Shown here: positions 42,801-49,083 of the stretch, piece after piece
How the letters are laid out: every line of letters starts with the position of its first letter
How positions within the stretch are numbered: position 1 is the first letter of the stretch
NCBI GenBank assembly: GCA_016203205.1
Contig: JACQNE010000004.1
Span: 1-49,083, forward strand
Direction: 5' to 3'
Source of the DNA: Candidatus Woesearchaeota archaeon
GTDB taxonomy: Archaea > Nanobdellota > Nanobdellia > Woesearchaeales > GW2011-AR9
Length of the DNA: 49,083 nt
Notes under the pieces: model-generated
Database searches by the model: none
Told to the model about the DNA's origin: nothing
Seen by the model: only the letters and a program-made list of their open reading frames with translations
Program-made: the position numbers and the translations under genes

Positions 42801-45699
42801 GCAATGCGTCTGCATGCCGGATACGACGCCGAAGAAAATTGCCGACGGGGGAGGAATGCGTGTCGCTCAGGAAAAGAACAAAGATACGGGTGTGGTGGAA
42901 TCCTGGTCATATCAGCAAGACCGGATGTATCAGGAAACGGGCGGCGGGCAAGGAACGTTTTACCCAGCGGAACGTTATTCTGGCGGACGCGATCTCTCCG
43001 GCGCGTTCGGCGCAAATTATCTTCTGGATTATGCGCGTGCAGAAGAAAAAGAGCCAAAAATTAATCCAAATACTCAGATCATCGGCACATTCCAGACCGT
43101 CTGTCTTTCAGGGATCTTGAAGAACTTGAAATTGTTGCAAAGCATGTTAGCGGGCGTGCAGGCCTGTTTAGTGGAAGCAAAATATACCGGTTTGCATGAT
43201 GCGGGGATGTGCAAAACACTGTTTACGCAGCAGGTCTGCGGACTGCTGTATCAAGGAATTGCTTTCCTGGCGAGCAGCAACAGCTGTATGCCGCTGGATT
43301 TCAATTCCGTCGGCAAGGAAGGGCCGATCGCCGATGCCGGAACAATCATCTCCGGCGGTTTCAGCGCAATGACTCAAGCTTTAGATACATCGTTTGAAGA
43401 TGCGCGTAATGAATACGGCAATGCCGCGCTCAATCAATACTTTAAAGGCGGGACGCAGGGTTTTGCCCAATCAATCTGCCTGGCTGCCTTTGGCTATGAC
43501 TTCCCACTGTTCAGCGAAGATTTCCTGCTTGATGCAGCGTATGCTTTTCCGACGAAAACCTTTCCAGTCATCGCGCCGGCGAGCCGGGAATTAAGCAGCT
43601 ATGACCCGACGAAGCAGATGGCCATCTTTAATTATAATATTGGCGGGGCAATCTTTCCCGGTTGTAAAGTCAAAACAGCGACGGTAAAATTGAAATGCAT
43701 CGGTCCGGGCGATCGGGGAAATCCCAACGTGGATGAGTCCTGCGGCGGACAAGGCTGCGACTGCCTGAATGTTCCCGGAACGGGAGCCGCGTTTGAAGCG
43801 CAGAAAGAGCAGCAGCTGGGAACTTGGTTTAATCTGCCGCCGGCGCAGATGTTCTCCATTCCGTTGGAATCGCCGCAGCACGTTACCGCACCATACCGTT
43901 ATGATCATGTCGTCGTGGAATTATTCTTAGATCCGAGCGAGAAGGATAATTATGATAAATGCGTGGAAAGCGAATTCCTGCAGGGGAATAAAGCGGTCTT
44001 TTATTATCCGTTGAGTGATGTTTCTCCGCCGAGCGCGTTGGCGTGTACTGTTGATCTGACGACGGGGCGTTACCAGTGTCCTGAATTGTATTCGCTCTTT
44101 GGCTATGGCGGCGCGTTTTTAGAAGATCCATACGTCTCTTGTTGGAACAAGAAAACTGAGACCTGGATGTCCTGCGATACACCCAACTTGTTTGTCATCG
44201 GCGATGAGATCAAAGTGCGGGCGCACGTGAATACGGATGGAAAAGGACAGTGCTTGAAACGAACGGTGAATCCATTAGTTCCGGGTATATTGGCCGAAGC
44301 GCCGCCGCGCCAGATCGTGCAGAATGTGCAGGGTGCGCAATACGTGAGTGATACTTTGGGGATTGTGCAGGCCGGCATGTTCGGCGGCAGTACACCGATC
44401 ATCACTTTAGCGAAAGAAGAAAGCGGCCTGAATTGCGGCCCGATCACACAGGATTTGACACCAACGGCGTTGACATCCGGTGAAAAAGTAACCTTTGGCT
44501 TTGATGCCGGCAGTTTGCCTAATACTGTTCGGTTGATTGTGCCGGCGACAGTAAATATTAACACGCCCGGTTACAGCCGCAGCGGGAATTATTTAGCGAA
44601 GGGCAGCGTGGTCGATCTGGCTGTTCAGGAGATAAATCTGGTGCAATTCAGCGCGCTTGGCTTTACGTTCCGCAATGTCTTGGGCGGGGTTAATCCGACG
44701 GATCAAAAGAGACAGTGCGTCTATCAGATCATCGAACAGAATGTGTATTCGCAGGGCGTGAACAGCCGCGACTTTACCGTGACGTATCAATTATTGGAGA
44801 AAGATGAAGCCGGCGGCTGCTATCTGGCCAATCAGCCGGTAAAAACATCATTGGGCAAGGCGACGCACGGACAGAAAATCACCATCCAGAAAGAAGAAAC
44901 TGCCGTCAGCGGCTTGCAGCAGAGCTTTGCTACGGGCAATTATCAACAGACTTTGGACTATGCGGTCATCGTCTTGAATCAGCGGCGCGGCGATATGGAA
45001 AATGCGCTGGCCTATTATTATTATATCGCCAGTTTTGTGATGCTGGGCAAGAACAATCCTGCGCAGTTTGAAGGGCAGATCAAAGAGGCGCTGAGTGGAT
45101 TCTTCAATCGGAAATGGGCAGAGCAAGATGCACAGCCGTATCCTGCCGATGTTGCGGCAATTACGGAATATCAGAAGATCAGGAAATATCTTTGTGAAGT
45201 TGACGGGAAGTATGGTTCGGTGAATGCGGGGATGTGTGGGGGAGGTGCAGTATCACCTTCGTCTAGTTCTAGCGCTACCTGCGAAGGAAAAGGTTTCACG
45301 ATCGACATTGGTGATGGTTTCTTGCACAGATGTCTCAGTACGACGCGGGCAGAAGGCTGTCGTCCATCTACCGGCTTGCCCACGAATGAGTATGATATTA
45401 GTAAAGTGCCGACTCCAGCACACAAACAAAAATTAGAAGAGGCTTGTAAAGAAGGTGCGACGGGAGGTACGTTCACAGCGACGGTTACTTTGCCGGATTC
45501 CTCAAATAAATGTTCTTCTGGGGATTATCCAATCAATGATCTTCCTGGTGATAACGCGCCTTATGCGTTTCGATGCGATGGTCAAACTAAAGCGTATTCC
45601 TGCACGAAATCAACGGGCGATACATCTCCCGGCTCAGGCCCTCAGCCATTTACGATCCCCGCATCTTCCGCTGATCTGTTAGCGAGGTGTAAGTCTTGA
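39814..45699 (+). CDS. giant cysteine-rich surface protein (1961 aa) with N-terminal FN3/Ig-like domains
   Basis: Uninterrupted 5.9 kb ORF. Leader ..KKKQNFLRAQ-ALFVIMLFVLLP. FN3-like SAQPVTSTGATISWTTDEPADSFVHYG...YLYSV. Ig-like repeats are followed by an internal hydrophobic segment and a very Cys-rich 1250-aa C-terminal part. The start is the GTG at 39814 or the ATG at 39868. Confidence 0.85.
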   Translation: MKRKTSEKSKYKKISEKEMVRNNTITPVNRKKKQNFLRAQALFVIMLFVLLPAAAALEISAVSAQPVTSTGATISWTTDEPADSFVHYGTDAASLKTAGDAKATTSHSLQISGLAAETKYLYSVESQGVVDDNGGSLYSFETPAPDTAAPALKVEFPAKVAGTRGTFSGETEIGVQVTLILNGKKSGTVTAEPSTVDAKKGFFTFSEIILQENAANTLLVEAVDAAGNKAAASGSVFADAKKPTVDVKSIPAFVTENSYKLMLTVSEAVKYEIFVNNKSVSKGEGAKIDVSVPLQEGQNKIVLKLTDDAGWVTEEEITIEASAKPPMIKAEIERGKEFYEGRATSPISGTTSPGAKVYLYVYKPQLNEYTPSFDRPRQTVTANEKGEFRFADISFTSSIADISLEKVVPKEIPADLVKIKIFPLGEGVQQQTYYVYLIAEDKAGRSASWQQQVLIQSCFSGNLDFSIESVPEFQAPLRLVPQLVDQGRQDVQAVFKLNYNGLGVPVRTADGKIIEQGVRVTNVQIGEACTTGMAKDEKFSLGCSLLPSRPTRSLPNPDQSAVYASWTLHQGEELSAAKESFWNEFKNRQVVFPLKIQVSYQEVESRDAAGNAVYGKAKIQNSCTDLSYFVDIPLDSKDMIPDFLADEGVDALNWTITQINVVTPYIEKAYLITGITGMAAFLLRTVARWVRIFATKLEQYYSILNKNETGCRNPEQYYLDDTLKDWKEAGVANGPDPLLGALKSEQGSEAWNAVSLDKRCPSTASAWKFEAIMDQAYKWSWDRAFCRAVPARWTEDKKQSEIALRVADQQQCAVTGSGVPLELIENCKEFISKNKILLDTGIDQDTLSLCWRTKDSDLYVRTPQVDLTTAEQGDQAKGFYYLTHIGNTYTVASSALITYGPRLKVYKPQGAQTFFVAKDQTCTATCNNPQKPGYQADRTLGNANGCYDQKGGLFYDGFGDPLLQGRYAAGYTKDCFIKDDNQKNILRDAAGNPQLQQCVCMPDTTPKKIADGGGMRVAQEKNKDTGVVESWSYQQDRMYQETGGGQGTFYPAERYSGGRDLSGAFGANYLLDYARAEEKEPKINPNTQIIGTFQTVCLSGILKNLKLLQSMLAGVQACLVEAKYTGLHDAGMCKTLFTQQVCGLLYQGIAFLASSNSCMPLDFNSVGKEGPIADAGTIISGGFSAMTQALDTSFEDARNEYGNAALNQYFKGGTQGFAQSICLAAFGYDFPLFSEDFLLDAAYAFPTKTFPVIAPASRELSSYDPTKQMAIFNYNIGGAIFPGCKVKTATVKLKCIGPGDRGNPNVDESCGGQGCDCLNVPGTGAAFEAQKEQQLGTWFNLPPAQMFSIPLESPQHVTAPYRYDHVVVELFLDPSEKDNYDKCVESEFLQGNKAVFYYPLSDVSPPSALACTVDLTTGRYQCPELYSLFGYGGAFLEDPYVSCWNKKTETWMSCDTPNLFVIGDEIKVRAHVNTDGKGQCLKRTVNPLVPGILAEAPPRQIVQNVQGAQYVSDTLGIVQAGMFGGSTPIITLAKEESGLNCGPITQDLTPTALTSGEKVTFGFDAGSLPNTVRLIVPATVNINTPGYSRSGNYLAKGSVVDLAVQEINLVQFSALGFTFRNVLGGVNPTDQKRQCVYQIIEQNVYSQGVNSRDFTVTYQLLEKDEAGGCYLANQPVKTSLGKATHGQKITIQKEETAVSGLQQSFATGNYQQTLDYAVIVLNQRRGDMENALAYYYYIASFVMLGKNNPAQFEGQIKEALSGFFNRKWAEQDAQPYPADVAAITEYQKIRKYLCEVDGKYGSVNAGMCGGGAVSPSSSSSATCEGKGFTIDIGDGFLHRCLSTTRAEGCRPSTGLPTNEYDISKVPTPAHKQKLEEACKEGATGGTFTATVTLPDSSNKCSSGDYPINDLPGDNAPYAFRCDGQTKAYSCTKSTGDTSPGSGPQPFTIPASSADLLARCKS

Positions 45700-46265
45700 T
45701 GAACACAAAAGGAACAGGCGTCATTGAACTGATCATCTTTTTGATCATCGTCGTCGTAATCAGCGCGACCGTATTATTATTGATTAAATTTAATGTAGTG
45801 GAAGTAAAAGAGGACGGTGCGCAGGAGCCGGTCTTAAATGTCGAGTTTATCCCATATGCCCGCGAAGGAGTACTTGTCGTGAAAGAGTTCTCGTTCTGCC
45901 GTTCGGTTGATGAAGCGTATGATTGTCTTGGTGCGGGAAATCAGTTTGTTTTTGGCCAGCCCGTCTATTATCGTTTTGGCGTGGAGAGCAGCACGTATCA
46001 AGGGCAGATTAAAGTGGTGAAAAATTATCGCATCAAAGGGCCGTCAGGAGAAGTTTTATTAGACGTGGGAACAGATCAGCAGTCTCAATTTGATTCTGTA
46101 AGCAATAATGTTCAAGAAGTTGTTTTGTTCAAAGATTATTTTGTCGTTCCGGCGGGATTTCCGGCCGGAGAATATACGTTTGAATTGGTGGTAGAGAATC
46201 CATTGTTGACGAAACAGGCAACATTGATACAGAGGTTTGTTATTGGTAGTGGGGTGGAAGGATGA
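45699..46265 (+). CDS. type IV pilin-like protein (188 aa)
   Basis: The N-terminus MNTKG-TGVIELIIFLIIVVVISATVLLLI has a short basic leader, a Gly at the putative cleavage site, Glu at +5 and a hydrophobic helix. The ATG overlaps the upstream TGA by 1 nt (the ORF track lists the TTG at 45696). Confidence 0.7.
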   Translation: MNTKGTGVIELIIFLIIVVVISATVLLLIKFNVVEVKEDGAQEPVLNVEFIPYAREGVLVVKEFSFCRSVDEAYDCLGAGNQFVFGQPVYYRFGVESSTYQGQIKVVKNYRIKGPSGEVLLDVGTDQQSQFDSVSNNVQEVVLFKDYFVVPAGFPAGEYTFELVVENPLLTKQATLIQRFVIGSGVEG

Positions 46266-48499
46266 GGAAAGAACGATTGTTTTTGCTGTTTGTGCTGGTA
46301 GTGTTGGGTTCTTCGATGGTGTTGGGGTCTAAACATTCGTATGGGCTTATTGATGAAATCCCCTCCTCTTGGGTAATAGAGAAAAAATTGAATGGCCCGG
46401 TAAACAGCGGAGAATTTCCGATTAAATGTTCTGGTGGAATTTGTGGTGCCCTTCAATGGGAATCGGGGTCTAATATCCATACCCTCTATTCCACGACTTT
46501 AAATAAGAAGAAAATATATATCGGTGTTGGGGGGGGCGGTAGTGGAGCAAAGTATCTTACGGTTACTTTTGATGATAATTATGAACAAATTGGGCTGGTT
46601 GTTCAAAGCCCTTCTGATTTAGCTATAACCTCTGATGTAAAAACAATTAAACTCAACTTTTTTTTTATTATAGGGGGCACTACAGAGAGGGAGGGAAATG
46701 CTAAAAAATATGGCTCTTGGACGTTTGAAGACCTCTATGTAGCGGGAGGTAAGTATAATCTATATCCTCGCATCCAAGTGATATATAATGATCATGCAAT
46801 AGTCTGCCAAAAATTAGGACATATTGTATTCCTGGGTGACGGTTATTGGCATAAATGCCTGAGTGCAACAGAAGCACAAGGCTGTGATCCCAAAACTGGA
46901 TTACCGATAAATAAATATGTAATCTCAAAGGTTAAAAATTCTGAACATAAAGAATCTCTGCAGCAAATATGTCCTAGATCTTATGCCGCCACTGTTCCCG
47001 GCAGCAGCAGTGTCTGCAAATACAAATCAATCGCCATCATCGGCGCTTCCAATACGGTTAAGCAGAATGGGAACAGTTTTGGTGAATTGATTGAAAAAAG
47101 TTGTCCGGAGTCTAAAGTCTATATCTTGGCTGCAAGTGGCGCTACGCCGACAAAGCAGAAAGAGTTGCAACTTCCTGTTGCGTTATCTTTAAACCCAGAT
47201 CTCTTGATCATCGATCCTTCGGCAAACGGTATTACTGATATAGCTTATTATAACTCGGTCAAAGCCATGACTGTAGCAGCAAAAGCGTCTGACTCTAACA
47301 TGCAAGTCGTGGTCATGACCATCTCCCCCCATAAAAATTATGATTATGGCGGCGGCGCTCAATGGAATCAGAAAATTCAGAATGAGATTGAGATTTTTAA
47401 TGATGATCTTGTCCTACATAAACTATCGACAGAAAACATTAATCAAGCCGTGAATACCTATCCCACACTGGGCAGCCCTAGTGATAAAGATGTCTGCGGC
47501 TTTTGCAAATCAGATCTGGGGCATTTAAACGCAGAAGGACATAAACGTGTCGCCGCGCAAATCTTAAAAGAAGTGTTTGGACTAATTGTTGATATATCGT
47601 CTTGGGCTGGGGGGGGCAGTGGCGGCATCCAAGTTGGTACGGCATCTGCGGCACAGCAGATCCAGCAGAACTGCCAGATCGAGCAGCGCTGTAAAGATAT
47701 TGATTCGGCGTGGGTGACGTTCAGCGGTGTGTTAGGCTTGCGTTCCGGAGAAGTCTGGGTGCCGCCGCTGAAAGCATGGAGAACATTTGCGGATGTGTAT
47801 AATCCGAAAGCGGTGGCTGCTCCGGCCGCAGTCAGTTCTCCGGGGAGTGGAAAAAGCGGCGCGGGTATTGTTGAATGTGCAACTGCAGATGCGAGCATGA
47901 CAAATGAACAAAAAGCTTTCTTGGATACAATTGCCTATGCTGAAGGAACGACCAATTGCGGGATAAAGCATGGTGTTTCCAGCTATAATATCCTCGTTGG
48001 ATGTACTGTGTTCACGGATCTTTCGAACCACCCCAATAGTCTTGTTTCGACGGGGGATGTAAAATCAAAAGCTGCCGGAAGATACCAAAATCTCCACGTT
48101 TCTCAGTTTGGTCCAGGTAAGAAATATCCCGATTTCCAACCCGCCACACAAGACAGAGCTGCATTGGATTTAGCAACAAGTGAAGGCAGCATATCTCAGA
48201 GTTCTTTTGCCTTAAGCCCAAACTGGGAAGTTATCTGGAACAGTGCAGCAAAAACGTGGGCGGCAATTAGTTATACCCAGACTATCTCCCCGGATAGTAA
48301 CTGGCATAAGAATAATAAAAAAGTTAATGGTGGTGTTGTTGATTCTTCCTGTGGCAATGGAAACAGTTATTATTGTCAAGGCAGCGGCGTTAACCATGCG
48401 ACATTGACCAAAGTATATAATCTCTGTTTGAAAAACTACCAAAGTGGCGGCGCGAAAGGCACACGGTTCAAATTATCCAGCGGTGAAAAAATATCATAA
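46262..48499 (+). CDS. secreted multidomain hydrolase: N-domain + SGNH esterase + lambda-R-like (GH104) lytic transglycosylase (745 aa)
   Basis: Signal peptide MRKERLFLLFVLVVLGSSMVLGS. SGNH blocks IAIIGASNT, ..GATP.., DPSANGI and DLGHLNAEGH (nt about 47030-47580). A Gly-rich linker follows. The C-terminal QKAFLDTIAYAEGT..YNILVG..FTDLSNHP..AAGRYQ..DFQPATQDRAAL (nt 47897-48290) closely parallels phage lambda endolysin R. Confidence 0.8.
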   Translation: MRKERLFLLFVLVVLGSSMVLGSKHSYGLIDEIPSSWVIEKKLNGPVNSGEFPIKCSGGICGALQWESGSNIHTLYSTTLNKKKIYIGVGGGGSGAKYLTVTFDDNYEQIGLVVQSPSDLAITSDVKTIKLNFFFIIGGTTEREGNAKKYGSWTFEDLYVAGGKYNLYPRIQVIYNDHAIVCQKLGHIVFLGDGYWHKCLSATEAQGCDPKTGLPINKYVISKVKNSEHKESLQQICPRSYAATVPGSSSVCKYKSIAIIGASNTVKQNGNSFGELIEKSCPESKVYILAASGATPTKQKELQLPVALSLNPDLLIIDPSANGITDIAYYNSVKAMTVAAKASDSNMQVVVMTISPHKNYDYGGGAQWNQKIQNEIEIFNDDLVLHKLSTENINQAVNTYPTLGSPSDKDVCGFCKSDLGHLNAEGHKRVAAQILKEVFGLIVDISSWAGGGSGGIQVGTASAAQQIQQNCQIEQRCKDIDSAWVTFSGVLGLRSGEVWVPPLKAWRTFADVYNPKAVAAPAAVSSPGSGKSGAGIVECATADASMTNEQKAFLDTIAYAEGTTNCGIKHGVSSYNILVGCTVFTDLSNHPNSLVSTGDVKSKAAGRYQNLHVSQFGPGKKYPDFQPATQDRAALDLATSEGSISQSSFALSPNWEVIWNSAAKTWAAISYTQTISPDSNWHKNNKKVNGGVVDSSCGNGNSYYCQGSGVNHATLTKVYNLCLKNYQSGGAKGTRFKLSSGEKIS

Positions 48500-48568
48500 A
48501 TACTTGAGAGAACTTTGAATGATTCACTTTACGTCAAAAAAATAAATTATAATTAGGATACATTTTGG

Positions 48569-49009
48569 TCATTTCCTAAATAAAATTAATTTGATAATAT
48601 CATCCAAAGATACACCTATTTCTATGCCACTTTTACAAAGTTCTTTTATTTCTTCATCAGAAACTTCTTTTCCGTCATAAATGTTTATGTGTCCAAGTTG
48701 TCTATTACGTTTGTTGTTAAAATTTGATAATTTGTTTTTAAGTGGTTCATCTATAATCCCTGTAATGAATAAATCTCTAAGAATTTGAGCAAAAGATTTA
48801 TCTTCAATAATTTTCCATTTTTCTTTATGATTGCCGAAAGGCTTACCATTTTCATCTTTATCAAATTTATAACGGAGAATTATGCGTAACTGGTGGTGTA
48901 TACCTGCATGAATTGTCGCAAAAGCTTTCCAAATATTTGTTTCTATAAGATTATTAAAGTAATTTAAGGACAATTTATTTCCAGTATAAAGTAATTCTTT
49001 TTTGCTCAT
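48569..49009 (-). CDS. hypothetical protein with possible HEPN-like Rx5H motif (146 aa)
   Basis: Intact ORF in a strongly AT-rich segment. It is predicted all-helical, and NKRNRQLGH fits Rx4-6H. Confidence 0.45.
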   Translation of the reverse strand: MSKKELLYTGNKLSLNYFNNLIETNIWKAFATIHAGIHHQLRIILRYKFDKDENGKPFGNHKEKWKIIEDKSFAQILRDLFITGIIDEPLKNKLSNFNNKRNRQLGHINIYDGKEVSDEEIKELCKSGIEIGVSLDDIIKLILFRK

Positions 49010-49083
49010 CTTATCTTAGCTGTCAAGATAGTTATATTTTTATATATTGTGTATAATGTATGTTTTAATGAGCGAAACAAAGG

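Noticed and set aside
40176-45476. More than 20 antisense or out-of-frame ORFs (60-173 aa) within the 1961-aa gene
   Set aside because: A single uninterrupted 5.9 kb sense frame with recognisable FN3/Ig domains explains the region. The others are statistical shadows in GC-moderate DNA.
1-49083. Scan for CRISPR arrays, rRNA, transposases/integrases, reverse transcriptase or DGR template/variable repeats, and Cas-like genes
   Set aside because: I saw no regularly spaced direct repeats, no rRNA-like sequence, and no ORF with DDE, tyrosine-recombinase, YxDD RT or Cas signatures. Absence is by eye only, so a formal repeat and HMM scan should confirm it.

Overview
This 49 kb window is archaeal. 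It carries transcription factor B, GatD, Taw3, TrmI, AMP phosphorylase and a PAC2 proteasome-assembly chaperone. It also has an intron-containing tRNA, and AT-rich TATA boxes sit about 24-28 nt upstream of many start codons. Gene content and the many huge surface proteins suggest an uncultivated, small-genome (DPANN-like) lineage, but that placement is inference. Housekeeping genes are interleaved with three operons of very large secreted or membrane-anchored proteins: 3783-10298 (+), 13704-18028 (-) and 37799-48499 (+). The strongest candidate for a new system is the tightly coupled four-gene operon at 37799-48499. It encodes a 666-aa protein and a 1961-aa cysteine-rich giant with pilin-like leader/anchor N-termini, and a 189-aa protein with a clearer type IV pilin-like N-terminus. 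Its last gene is a 745-aa secreted fusion of an SGNH esterase with a phage-lambda-R-like (GH104) murein lytic transglycosylase, a bacterial-cell-wall-degrading activity inside an archaeal surface operon. Other notable items are an AT-rich two-gene cassette with a divergent propeptide-less proteasome-beta/HslV-like Thr protease (18234-20006) and a ClpX-like AAA+ unfoldase that keeps an IGF loop but has a novel N-domain (35945-37615). There is also a tRNA-Leu(GAG) with a 67-nt intron at T-loop position 59/60, a 181-nt inverted-repeat-closed structured element between convergent genes (30526-30706), and a family of three unannotated 44-53 aa membrane proteins. I saw no CRISPR array, rRNA, transposase or reverse transcriptase. 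All calls come from reading the sequence and ORF translations by eye; no searches or computations were run.
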